This document shows, in pieces, positions 19,341 to 28,957 of a stretch of 64,000 nt of DNA (within the stretch, counting starts at the first letter, position 1; every line of letters begins with the position of its first letter). The position numbers and the translations under genes are program-made. Source of the stretch: an uncultured Gemmatimonadales bacterium (GTDB taxonomy: Bacteria; Gemmatimonadota; Gemmatimonadetes; Gemmatimonadales; Gemmatimonadaceae); the NCBI GenBank assembly GCA_963850905.1, contig CAWKMU010000003.1:768001-832000 (forward strand), read 5' to 3'. The notes under the pieces were generated by a model that saw only the letters and a program-made list of their open reading frames with translations, was not told where the DNA came from and made no database searches.

Positions 19341-20935
19341 TGCTCGCCTTCCTCATGCTCCGCGCGCTCGCGCGGCCGCTCGTCTGGTTGCTGCTCCTCG
19401 CCGCGCCGGTCGTCGCTGCTGCACGACTGGTCCGCCACCTGACCCACGATCACCCGTCCGAGACGGCCGCCGTCGCACTCAACCTCGCGGTCGGCGCCAC
19501 GCTGCTGACCGCCACGACCGCGTGGCTCGCCGCGCGACTCCTCGGATCCCGACGACGCACCCCGCGGCTGCCGCCGTCCACTGCACATGGGACCGCGCAG
19601 TGGGGGAGCCCGCCCACCACGATGCGCCAGAGCGCCACCGGTCTCCTGATTGGTCGGCACGACACGGGCCTCGGTCGCCTGCTGCGATATACAGGCGACG
19701 CCCACCTGCTCACCCTCGCGCCGACCGGCGCGGGCAAAGGCGTCGGCTGCGTCATCCCCAACCTGCTCACGTACACCGGCTCCGTGCTCGTCACGGACCC
19801 CAAGGGTGAGAACTTCGCCGTCACCGCACTCCGCCGCCGAACGCTCGGCCACCGAGTCCTCGCGCTCGACCCCTACGCGCTCGTCGGCGGCACCGACTCG
19901 TTCAACCCGCTGGATGGCCTCGACCCCATCGGTCCCACCGCAGTCGACGACGCCGCGGCACTCGCGGAGCTCATCATGATCCGCGAGCCGCACGAGTCCG
20001 GCGACAGCGTGTTCTGGTCCGAGGAAGCCAAGGCCCTACTCACGGGACTCATTCTGCACGCGGCCTCGGATGCGTCGCCCAGCCGTCGCACCCTCAGCAC
20101 GGTGTGGGAGTATCTCTCGCTCCCACCGCGCGCCATGACCCAGCTCTGGACAGCCATGGGCCAGAGCACCGTGGCCTGCGGCGCCGTCGCACGAGCCGCG
20201 TCGCGCGTCCGACAAAAGGGCGACCGCGTCCGCTCGGGCATCCTGGCACAGGCCCAAAGCCAGGCTCACTTCCTCGACAGCCGCCACATCGCCCGCGCAC
20301 TCGAATGCTCGACGTTCTCGTTTCGCGACCTCACGAGGTCGCAACTCTCACTCTACCTGGTCCTTCCTCCCGACCGCATCGACTCCTGCCGACGGTGGCT
20401 CCGTCTCCTCGTGGGATGCGCCCTGCACGAGGTCATCCGCGCCGGCGCGCGACGGGTCACCCACGATGAGCGCGTGCTCTTCCTGCTGGACGAGTTTCCG
20501 ACCCTCGGGCCAATGCCACCCCTCGAACGCGCCGTCGCCCTTGCACGTGGCTACGGGGTGACCTGCTGGCTGCTCGCGCAGGACCTCTCGCAACTGCGCG
20601 CGCTGTATCCCGCGACCTGGCCCACCTTCGTCGCCAACGCCGGCGTCGTCCAGGCCTTTGGTACGAACGATCTCGAGACCGCGCGATACCTCTCGGACAT
20701 GCTCGGCCCCACCACCGTGCAGACCACGACCGCATCCCGATCACGCGCCGACTCGCACAGTGTTTTCGATCACGCGGATTGCCGCGACACCTGGAGCACC
20801 AGCGAGCGCGCCCGCGCGCTCCTCTCCCCCGACGAGATCCGACGCCTCGACCCAACGATAGCGCTGGTGCTCATGCCGGGCGCGGATCCGCTCTGTGTGA
20901 GGCGACTGAATTATTTGAAGGAGAGTTTGGTGTAG
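19340..20935 (+). CDS. Type IV coupling protein, VirD4/TraG family
   Basis: N-terminal TMs, HGTAQW, Walker A APTGAGKG, IPNLL, TDPKGEN, FNPLD, Walker B LLDEF, QDLSQL, LLSPDEI; TGATG overlap with nuclease gene. Confidence 0.9.
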   Translation: MLAFLMLRALARPLVWLLLLAAPVVAAARLVRHLTHDHPSETAAVALNLAVGATLLTATTAWLAARLLGSRRRTPRLPPSTAHGTAQWGSPPTTMRQSATGLLIGRHDTGLGRLLRYTGDAHLLTLAPTGAGKGVGCVIPNLLTYTGSVLVTDPKGENFAVTALRRRTLGHRVLALDPYALVGGTDSFNPLDGLDPIGPTAVDDAAALAELIMIREPHESGDSVFWSEEAKALLTGLILHAASDASPSRRTLSTVWEYLSLPPRAMTQLWTAMGQSTVACGAVARAASRVRQKGDRVRSGILAQAQSQAHFLDSRHIARALECSTFSFRDLTRSQLSLYLVLPPDRIDSCRRWLRLLVGCALHEVIRAGARRVTHDERVLFLLDEFPTLGPMPPLERAVALARGYGVTCWLLAQDLSQLRALYPATWPTFVANAGVVQAFGTNDLETARYLSDMLGPTTVQTTTASRSRADSHSVFDHADCRDTWSTSERARALLSPDEIRRLDPTIALVLMPGADPLCVRRLNYLKESLV

Positions 20936-20985
20936 CGACTGAATGGTGGATTGGAGATCAGGGGGACGACCACGGCGTGTGGCAA

Positions 20986-21130
20986 CGGCGGGTAGGGGCG
21001 ACGCAATGCGTCGCCCTGTGGGGCGGCGATCCGCCCCATGATTTTGTCGGCGCACCGAACACCGCCGCGCGGCACGCAATACACGGTACCGTCAACGGCG
21101 GGCGACGCATTGCGTCGCCCCTACCCGCCG
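20986..21130. mobile_element. REPIN-like inverted REP doublet
   Basis: Perfect 31-bp inverted arms 20986-21016 and 21100-21130, each carrying GTAG + REP palindrome, 83-bp spacer. Confidence 0.8.
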
Positions 21131-21182
21131 GACCGCAAAATCTCGTCGCCTCCCGTGACTCCCGAGGCTCGCCCTCTGCCTC

Positions 21183-22112
21183 TCAACCCCCCACAGGAAA
21201 ACTATAGCGCAACTCCGCGATCCCCTTGACCGCACACCCGCCAATCGATGCCGCGCGATAGGAGGCGCCCTCCAATCGATTGACTGCCGCGCGGGCGAAC
21301 TCGCGATAGTGTGCTTCGACCAGCCGCAGGGTCCCGAGGATGGGGTGTCCCCCTTCGTCGATCACGACCTGCAGCACGACGTCTTCACCGTGGACGTTGC
21401 CTTGCACACGTGTCGCCGCAGGCGTCGCGGTCGCCTCGTCCGACGCCGGCTGCGCACTGCGCCCATCGCGCCATTGCGGGACTCTCACCGCCAGGAGCGG
21501 CGTCCAGAGCGGCACCTGCGGACGCATCGAGAGGACCGTGACGAAAAACTTCACCGGGCCACCAGGGTTCTGCGGACCCCACAATGGACCGATCAAATGC
21601 AACGAGTCGGCGCGACGCGGCGCGTCGGCCAGGGCACGATCGATCGCCGGCGAGAGCGACGCCGTGCTCACGCGCCCGACGATCGATCCGGTATCACCGA
21701 GCGTGAACTCGACTTCCGCAGCAACCGCGGGCCTGAGCCCCGGCGGCGGCACCACCAGGCCCGTGTCAGTCGCCACCCCGCGTCCGGGTGACACGAACAC
21801 CGGCAGCGCAACAGGGCGGGGCATGATGAACGCCTCGCGCAACGCGTCGAGCACGCGCTCGACGTACTGCGGTGGCAGCGGGCGCGTATGCACGGGCGCC
21901 GCAATGGTCATGTAGAGCGTGTCGGTAACCGAGTCCCGCGACGTTGGCAGCGAGTCGCACACGAGCGGTCGAAAGGCAAACGCGGCCGGTGCCGGATGCG
22001 GACTCGCCGTCGGTGCAGGCGTCGGCGTGCACGCGACGCCACCTAGGATGATCGAGATGAGCAGAACGCAGGCGGATCGCGCCGATCCACCCGATGACAA
22101 CCACATGCGCAC
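21183..22112 (-). CDS. Lipoprotein with TonB C-terminal-like domain(s)
   Basis: Lipobox GVAC; C-terminal VVLQVVIDEGG..L.LV...FARAA..L...YRAA..GGC.V..YSF; start 22112 or 22106. Confidence 0.65.
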   Translation of the reverse strand: MRMWLSSGGSARSACVLLISIILGGVACTPTPAPTASPHPAPAAFAFRPLVCDSLPTSRDSVTDTLYMTIAAPVHTRPLPPQYVERVLDALREAFIMPRPVALPVFVSPGRGVATDTGLVVPPPGLRPAVAAEVEFTLGDTGSIVGRVSTASLSPAIDRALADAPRRADSLHLIGPLWGPQNPGGPVKFFVTVLSMRPQVPLWTPLLAVRVPQWRDGRSAQPASDEATATPAATRVQGNVHGEDVVLQVVIDEGGHPILGTLRLVEAHYREFARAAVNRLEGASYRAASIGGCAVKGIAELRYSFPVGG

Positions 22113-22445
22113 TCACGGGTGAGGGATCGCCAAGCATGATGCGGGTGGCATGAAAGCGGAAGAGACGGGCGCTTGAACACCCCGCAGTAAAGCACCGAAT
22201 GGCAAGGGCGGCCAGTTCGGCGCTGGCTCGCCGCGTACGGCTAGAGGAATCCCGCGAGCACGAGGCCGTGGGAACGCGCACGCTCGCTCACCTGACTTGC
22301 CATCCGGCACCTGTGCCAAAGACGCCCGTCACGCGCAGCCGTCCCAATTGCTTCTTCGGTCGCACCTGTCGTCCCTGACACCCGACCTTGCACTGCGGAT
22401 GCGCCAACCCTCCATCGTCTACTACTCCCGGCTCCTCTAAAACGC

Positions 22446-25400
22446 TCACTGTCCGGGTGGCCTGCCTCCGCCGGGGCCGCCACGCCCGCCGCGACCGCCT
22501 TGCTGCGGCGTGCGGATACTGTCGGGTAGCTTGGCCCATTGTTCGGGTGTCAACTCCTGTTGCGCCTCGTCGAGCGCGCGCCGCATCACATCCCGTACCA
22601 CCCCGAACTCGCGCCGCATGATGCCAAACATCGTCGTCGCATCGATGTTGGCGCCGAGTTTGTTCAGCTGCGTCCGCGCGTTCCCAGCGATCGAGTCGAC
22701 GCGCGTGTGGAAGGCCTGCGACGAGCCCTGCAGCTTCGTCAGCTGATCATTCGTCAACGCCAGCGAATCCTTCAACGCGATGATCTGATCGAACGGGTTG
22801 GGAAGCCGCGACGTGAACCGATCGACGATCTGGTCCGGGAGATCCTGGCGCCCGGTATTGGCATTGGCGCCACCCGCCCCGCCTGGTCCGCCACCACCGC
22901 CGCCACCACCCCGCCCACCACCGAAGAACCCGCGCAGCTGCTGCACAGCATCCGCCGGCCCGACGTTGAGGCGTCCACCGAGCACGAACAGGAACGGCTG
23001 ACCGTACGCCTGGAGCGCGCCCTGATGGCCGAAGTGCGTATTCACCGCGTAGGTGTATTCGTTGGTCGCCGAGTTGAACCCGGTGATCGTGAGCAGCGTG
23101 CGGTCCGGAGCGTACGGCTGCCCCCATCCCTCGAGGTGGTTCGGACCATGGAACAGCAGATCGAGACCGGCCAGCGTGTTGACCACCTGGACCTGGATCG
23201 TCAGGCGGCGATCGAGGCCCAACGCTGCTGGCCGGATGTTGACTTGCCAGTTGAGCGATTCCGACCACGGTCCGAAGCAGCTGTTTCTTGCCGCAATCTG
23301 TCCGAGCTGCGATGCCAGACAGTCGCGGCCGGGCCCGGACGCGAGCAGCGTGCGCATCGCCGCCGCGACCGCCGGATTCGTCGCCGGGCTCGACGGATCG
23401 AATACGAACGCACGGTCGTCGTTCGAGCCGTCGCCGTTGACATCACCATTCACCATCGGTGTGTACGGCGCCCCTGAGAGGAGTTGCGCCACCGCCGTGA
23501 TTTCCACCAGCGGGCTGAGTGGATACGTGACCGTTCCGACGAACTGGTGCTCGCGCTGCAGGTCACTCGTGCCGAACGGCACGACGTTGGGGTTCCCCGC
23601 CGTCGTCGGCGCCGCGAACCCGTACACGGCCGACCCGCCCGCGAAGCTCGACTGGTCCCGCACACGGGAATAGGTATACGCCAACGAGTACAGCATCCCG
23701 CGATCGGTGAACCCGTTCACGCTCGCCGTGACCTGGCGCGTATCCGACTGCAGGTTGGAGTTGAGCGACAGCACCTGCCCGTATTGGGAGTACAGCCGTG
23801 ACGCACCGAACGCCGCCCCGCCCGTCCCCGGCGCGATCTCGCCCGGGAACGCGTAGACGGGCCGGTTGCCCTCGTTCGCCAGGCGGAACTTGGGCACCGT
23901 GTCGAGATTGAGGTCGCTCACGCCAAAGAGTGCGACGCCCCGCGCATAGGTCCCGTCGACGGAGACCGTGATGCGCTGGAAAAGCCGCCGCTGCACGCCA
24001 AGCGACCCGCGCCACGCACGCGGCGCCTCGAAGTCCGGCGCAAAGGTCGTCACCGCGTTGCGCGCGCCGAGTCCCAGAGTGTCGGCAGGGAACGCCCCGC
24101 CATTGCACGTCGACGGGGCATCCGCGCCGTCATAGTAGCCACTCCAATCCGGGAGCGGGACTTGCGGTCCCACGCACACCAGCTGCGTCTCCGCAATGCC
24201 GTTTTGCGACTGCAGCGAGGAGAAGAGCGATTGCGGCGGCGGCGCCCGGAACTCGCCGAAGCCACCGCGCACGATCATGAATGCCGGCGTTCGGCCTCCG
24301 CCGCCCCCACCCCCGCCACCCCCACCACCACCTCGACCGCCACCACCGCTGCCCTGGCCGACGAACCACGTGAAGCCGACGCGCGGGCTGGCATGCAGCT
24401 CCGATGGCCAGTCGTTGGTGTTCCGATGAAACAGCGTATCGATCGCCTCGTTGTACGCGGGCGCGCCGCCATACTCGGACGCCTCGAGCCGCGCGCCGTA
24501 CGTGACCTGCAATGGCCCCGAACGCCACGCGTCGCCGAGGTAGGCCGCCGCGTTGAGCGAGCGCGCATTGGTGTTCTGGATGTTGAATTCCCGCGTGTAC
24601 GTCGCCGGCGAGTCGGCCAGGAATTGCCCGAAGGTGTTGTACGTCCAAACGCCTTCCTGATTGGGCGTGATCGTCTGGCCGAAGCGCGCGATGTTCAGGA
24701 GGCCGCCCAGCTTGATCCGATGCGACCCCTGGCCGGGAATGATCGAGAGCTCGTCCGTCGACTCGATGTAGTCGTTGAAGGTGCTCTGCGGCAACGCGGA
24801 GCTGCCGCCGAAGGTGAGCGACGACACGCCATAGCCCAGCTGGTCCGTCGCATCGCTGTCCGCGAGCTCGGGCACGATCGTCACCCGTCCGTTCGGCAGG
24901 CGCAGATACGGATCGAGGCTCGTCTGCTGGTGCGTCACGTACGTCCGCAGATCGTTGATCGTCGCATCGCCAAGATGGGACGTCAGCGCCAGCATCAACC
25001 CGCCCGCCCCCGTGGCATTCGCCGTGCCCGAGGTCGGGATGGAGAATACCGACACGCGGCTGCCGTCCTGCGCGGTCGCCCGGTAGTCACCCCGCAGCGT
25101 CAGTGTCTCGTCGTCCGAGATCAACCAGTCGAAGCGCTGGAAGGCGACGACGTTGGTCACCCCGCGAACGGCCGGTACCGAGGCAGTCGTCAGGGGCAAA
25201 CCGAGTTTGCTGACCTGGTTCACGAACGCGGCAGCCGTGTCCTGCGAGATGCCGAGGGGATTGAGTGTTGACGGTCCAGCGTTGAGCAACGAGACCAGGT
25301 TGTCGTATCGATGGTTGACCATGACCGCGGTGAATGAGAACACGCGGTCGCGCACGATCGGCCCCCCTAACCCGCCGCTGAGCTGATACTGGTTCCGCAA

Positions 25401-26231
25401 CTGGCCAAAAGTGGGCGGAACCCCGCCGGTCGCGAAAGCCAAGTTGTTGTTGCGCAGGGTGAGTCCGAACGACCCCGCGACATCGTTGGTGCCACCCCGT
25501 GTGGTCGTCGCGATCTGGCCACCGGTGAACTGGCCCCGCGACACGTCGTAGCTGTTCGTCACCACGCGGATGTTCCGCACCGCTTCCGTCGGCACCGACG
25601 CGCCGGCGAAGCTCAAGCCATCGACCGTCGTCGCGTTGAGTGTCTGCCGCTGGCCCGCGACTGAAAACGCGGTGGCACTCGTGTCCGTCGCGCCCATGCC
25701 GACGACGCCAGGGGACAGAGTGGCGAGCGTCGCGAGATCGGTCCCGTCGATCGGCAGCTTGTAGATCTGCGACGGTGTGAGCGTCATCCCGGTGCTGCCG
25801 GCGTTCGCCGGATCTGGCCCGGTAGGCCGCCGACCGGTTGTCGTCACGGTCGCGAGCGTATGGACCGCGCTCGACAGCGAAATGTTCGCGACCAGCCGAT
25901 CCTCATCGGCCTGTCGCTGGATCACCGCCTCCGACGGGCTGAATCCGATGGCCTTGATCTCCACCCGATACTCACCACCGCCATCGGGGAAAACGACCGT
26001 GTACCGGCCGTCACTGTTCGTGATACGCGACCGACTGATGTGCGTATCGATCGACGTGACGATGACCTGGGCGCCGACGATCGGCTGATTCCCCGGCGGA
26101 GGTCCACTGACTTTGCCGGTGATGATGTCGGTGGTCGATCCCACCTGGGCGCCTGCCGCCGCGGGGAGGAACACCGCAGCCACCGCGGTCGCCCATACCC
26201 CCGCCGGAATCCGAGCTCGAGTGAAGTGCAT
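22446..26231 (-). CDS. Oar-like TonB-dependent receptor with carboxypeptidase-regulatory N-domain and helical C-terminal extension
   Basis: Signal peptide; plug N..TVDG, EAVRNIRVVTNSYDVSRGQFTGG.I..TRGGTN; barrel motifs SPRVGF, GDVNGDG; C-terminal LTPEQWAKLP. Confidence 0.85.
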   Translation of the reverse strand: MHFTRARIPAGVWATAVAAVFLPAAAGAQVGSTTDIITGKVSGPPPGNQPIVGAQVIVTSIDTHISRSRITNSDGRYTVVFPDGGGEYRVEIKAIGFSPSEAVIQRQADEDRLVANISLSSAVHTLATVTTTGRRPTGPDPANAGSTGMTLTPSQIYKLPIDGTDLATLATLSPGVVGMGATDTSATAFSVAGQRQTLNATTVDGLSFAGASVPTEAVRNIRVVTNSYDVSRGQFTGGQIATTTRGGTNDVAGSFGLTLRNNNLAFATGGVPPTFGQLRNQYQLSGGLGGPIVRDRVFSFTAVMVNHRYDNLVSLLNAGPSTLNPLGISQDTAAAFVNQVSKLGLPLTTASVPAVRGVTNVVAFQRFDWLISDDETLTLRGDYRATAQDGSRVSVFSIPTSGTANATGAGGLMLALTSHLGDATINDLRTYVTHQQTSLDPYLRLPNGRVTIVPELADSDATDQLGYGVSSLTFGGSSALPQSTFNDYIESTDELSIIPGQGSHRIKLGGLLNIARFGQTITPNQEGVWTYNTFGQFLADSPATYTREFNIQNTNARSLNAAAYLGDAWRSGPLQVTYGARLEASEYGGAPAYNEAIDTLFHRNTNDWPSELHASPRVGFTWFVGQGSGGGGRGGGGGGGGGGGGGRTPAFMIVRGGFGEFRAPPPQSLFSSLQSQNGIAETQLVCVGPQVPLPDWSGYYDGADAPSTCNGGAFPADTLGLGARNAVTTFAPDFEAPRAWRGSLGVQRRLFQRITVSVDGTYARGVALFGVSDLNLDTVPKFRLANEGNRPVYAFPGEIAPGTGGAAFGASRLYSQYGQVLSLNSNLQSDTRQVTASVNGFTDRGMLYSLAYTYSRVRDQSSFAGGSAVYGFAAPTTAGNPNVVPFGTSDLQREHQFVGTVTYPLSPLVEITAVAQLLSGAPYTPMVNGDVNGDGSNDDRAFVFDPSSPATNPAVAAAMRTLLASGPGRDCLASQLGQIAARNSCFGPWSESLNWQVNIRPAALGLDRRLTIQVQVVNTLAGLDLLFHGPNHLEGWGQPYAPDRTLLTITGFNSATNEYTYAVNTHFGHQGALQAYGQPFLFVLGGRLNVGPADAVQQLRGFFGGGRGGGGGGGGPGGAGGANANTGRQDLPDQIVDRFTSRLPNPFDQIIALKDSLALTNDQLTKLQGSSQAFHTRVDSIAGNARTQLNKLGANIDATTMFGIMRREFGVVRDVMRRALDEAQQELTPEQWAKLPDSIRTPQQGGRGGRGGPGGGRPPGQ

Positions 26232-26334
26232 GCGGGAAGTAATACGGTTTCCCGCGGGCAGATGTTGGTAGGGTGATGAAGGCCGGGTGACGCGTGACGG
26301 ATGACGGGGAAAACCCGGCGAGGGACCTAACCGA

Positions 26335-26461
26335 AAGGCCGATCACAGCGCATCGTGATCGGCCTTGGACCGGTGGGGGCGACGCATCGCGTCGCCCGCT
26401 GTTGCCGTCGTATTTGGCGGTTGTTGTTACCCTAGACCCTAGACCCCAAACCCCAGACCCG
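26335..26461 (+). repeat. REP element (variant core GTGG, 26373-26397)
   Basis: ccttggaccg gtgg gggcgacgcatcgcgtcgccc + (AGACCC)n. Confidence 0.8.
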
Positions 26462-26464
26462 CTC

Positions 26465-27023
26465 TTAGAACGTTATTCCCACCGTCAGCGGAATGAACTG
26501 CGGATTGAACGCCGACTGGAACGCGTAGTGGTAGCGGGACTCGACGAAGAGCGACAGCGACGAGAGGCCGAATCGGAACCCCGCGCCGCCGTTGATACCG
26601 AAGGCGTTGTTGTGAATGTTGCCGCCGGCACTGACACTCGAGTTGTTGACCGAAATGTCATAACTATCGTTGTAGTACCCGACGCCCCCGATCAGGTAGG
26701 GCGTAACGCCTTTCCCCTGCGTGATGTTCCACACGACGTTCGCGTTGAGTGTCCACATCTGGAGCGTCCCAGCGGACACGCCCGGCGACGATTGCATCTC
26801 GGTTGAACATCCCGTCGACCCGGAGGTTGACCGGCCAGGTGGGCATCCCGATCCCCAGCGAGGCCAGCACGTTGTATCCGGTTTTGTACGAGTTGCCGAG
26901 GGTGCTCAGGGGCCATGTGGCACCGCCGCCGGCACTAAAGGTGAGTTGGGCGCGCGCGGAACTGAGCGGGACGCTGAAGCAAGCGGCGACGGCCGCGGCC
27001 TGCAGTGCACGACGAATGGACAT
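26465..27023 (-). CDS. Outer-membrane beta-barrel protein, +1 frameshift at ~26801 (probably sequencing error)
   Basis: Signal peptide MSIRRALQ..ARA-Q; PYLIGGVGYY, FGINGGAG, FVESRYHY, terminal F; deleting one base gives GMFNEMQSS and 186 codons. Confidence 0.82.
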
Positions 27024-27110
27024 GGAGTGCGTTCTCCGATAAGGTGGCGCTGATGCAGTCACGATCGGAGTAAAGCAAGGCCCGTGCGAGCCGCTGGGCC
27101 GTTCCGTGGT

Positions 27111-28733
27111 TCAGATGCCGAGCTTGGCCTTGGACCAGACGACGATGTTCACACAGTCGGGCTTGATGACACCCGGGAGCGAGTGCGGCACCTGGCTCGG
27201 CAGGTAAATCTCGATCGCGCCGATCTCGCTGGGGCGGATGTACGTGTCCATGTCCCCTTCTTCCAGCTCGTCGTACGGTGTGCCATCAATGACATAGGTC
27301 AGACACGGCCCACAGTTCTCACCAACCGTCGGGGTCGGCTCACCGTTCGACCCCGTCGCGTAGCCGATGCAGGAGCCCGCCGCCCGCGAGGCCATGAGCG
27401 ACGCCCGTCCCTGTTCGTTGTAGTCGATCATGACGCCGGTAAACGTGCCGAAAAGGTCGTGGAACTCGTTCGCCTTGTGCGAATCGATCACGTCCGCCGT
27501 CCAGAATGTCCCCATCCCCGAGGTCTTCCGCGCGTCGAATCCGACACGCTTGAGCCCCGAATCGTAGCGCGCGGAGATGACGACCGGCGGGAGTGCTCGC
27601 ACCGTGCGGGCGTTGAACTGCACGGTGATGTGCAGCGGCGCTCGACTGGTCAGCTCGACGGGCATCGTCACCGGCTCGTACCCCACCTCGCGGACGACCA
27701 GGATGCGGGTGCCCGACGGCAACTGCCGCAGCGCGAAGTCTCCGCCGCTGCTCGTCACCGCTGAATCCGACGCCCCGACCACGAACACGTGTGCACCAAC
27801 GACCGGCTGCGTGGTCAACGGGTTCATCACGTGTCCCGTGAGCTGCGCCGAGCCTACCACGTACCGATGCGTCAGATCCGCTCGGCGCACCGCCGTTGAC
27901 GCGGGTGGGGTCGCACCCGTCGCCTTGCCCGCCTGGCTATCGGGCACGGTCGCGGTCGCAGCCAACGACGCGATCGTGGGCGCCGCCAAGGCGGCCATAT
28001 GCAGGGTGATCAGGGTGATCAGGTTCCCTTGAATCCGGACCGGACGACTCACGTCCGACGCTGCCGCAGCCGCACCACCGTCGCGGCGCACCGCGTGCAG
28101 GCTGCCATTGAGATCCAACGGCAGATAGCACAAGCGGAATTGTCCGCCGAGACTCGTCATCGCGTCGCGCGTGTGGCGATCGCGATGGAACCCGACTTGT
28201 TGGCCGACCTGGATCTCCAGCCAATTGACCGAGACCTCGACGTTGCTGATCGGCCGGTCCGTATCCGCATCGAGCACGCGTCCGATGATCTCCGCCGGAC
28301 CTTGGGAGTCAGGGGTGTGCACGCCGCCTGGACGCACCACGTCGCGGCACGCCGACTCCGCGAGCACGGTCGCCGACGGCGTCGCGAGTGTCACCAGCAG
28401 GGTATCGCCAGCCCGGACTGTCAGTGGCGGCGACGCCACCCCCGCGCCGAGCGAATCGAGCAGCGGGTGAAATACCCCCAGCCGGACTGGCCCCGCAGTG
28501 ACCGAATCGAAATGGAAGTTGCCGTCCGCGTCCGTGCGCGCCACGCGCGCCGTCCCCTCGATCTGCACGTCCGCGTGCGTCAGCGGGGTGTTGTGCAAGC
28601 TGTCGATCACCACACCCACGATCGTTCCGGACCGCGGCGCAGGCTGCTGCGCCCCGAGCGCCACACCCCCCGCGCACGTCAGCGCCAGCGCCGGGACCAG
28701 CCAGGCTCGCAAACGGTGAGTTGGAGGCGGCAT
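27111..28733 (-). CDS. Secreted protein with repeated carboxypeptidase-regulatory-like domains and C-terminal plug-like domain
   Basis: Three G.V.D..P...A.V...TD..G.F repeats; C-terminal YVIDG...I.PSEIGAIEIY..C..IVVW. Confidence 0.78.
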   Translation of the reverse strand: MPPPTHRLRAWLVPALALTCAGGVALGAQQPAPRSGTIVGVVIDSLHNTPLTHADVQIEGTARVARTDADGNFHFDSVTAGPVRLGVFHPLLDSLGAGVASPPLTVRAGDTLLVTLATPSATVLAESACRDVVRPGGVHTPDSQGPAEIIGRVLDADTDRPISNVEVSVNWLEIQVGQQVGFHRDRHTRDAMTSLGGQFRLCYLPLDLNGSLHAVRRDGGAAAAASDVSRPVRIQGNLITLITLHMAALAAPTIASLAATATVPDSQAGKATGATPPASTAVRRADLTHRYVVGSAQLTGHVMNPLTTQPVVGAHVFVVGASDSAVTSSGGDFALRQLPSGTRILVVREVGYEPVTMPVELTSRAPLHITVQFNARTVRALPPVVISARYDSGLKRVGFDARKTSGMGTFWTADVIDSHKANEFHDLFGTFTGVMIDYNEQGRASLMASRAAGSCIGYATGSNGEPTPTVGENCGPCLTYVIDGTPYDELEEGDMDTYIRPSEIGAIEIYLPSQVPHSLPGVIKPDCVNIVVWSKAKLGI

Positions 28734-28808
28734 GTGGGGAAAAATACACGCCTGCGCGGGGCAGGGTCCCGCTGAAACTTTGACCGCGGGGTCAGTGATC
28801 ACGGGCCC

Positions 28809-28940
28809 GGGGGTCAGGTCAACAAATCGTTAGGGCGACCGCGCGCACCGTGGGTGGCCTTGGACCGGTAGGGGCGACGCATTGCGTCGCCCGTTGTTGT
28901 CGTTGCGGTTGTCGTTCCCTGACCCCTGACCCCTGACCGC
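28809..28940 (+). repeat. Composite REP element (core 28868-28892)
   Basis: Exact core with (TGACCCC)n. Confidence 0.9.
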
Positions 28941-28957
28941 CGCAGTTTGCCTTACCC

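Noticed and set aside
18480..21180. Complete ICE, plasmid or prophage
   Set aside because: No integrase, relaxase, rep, virB, phage genes or tRNA/att repeat seen.
22113..22445. Possible cobalamin riboswitch (AGGGAC..GGTGCGA, AAGTCAGG on minus strand)
   Set aside because: Other conserved elements (ATCC, CCCGC.ACTGT, GCCACTG, GGGAAG) are not seen in order; would need an Rfam scan.
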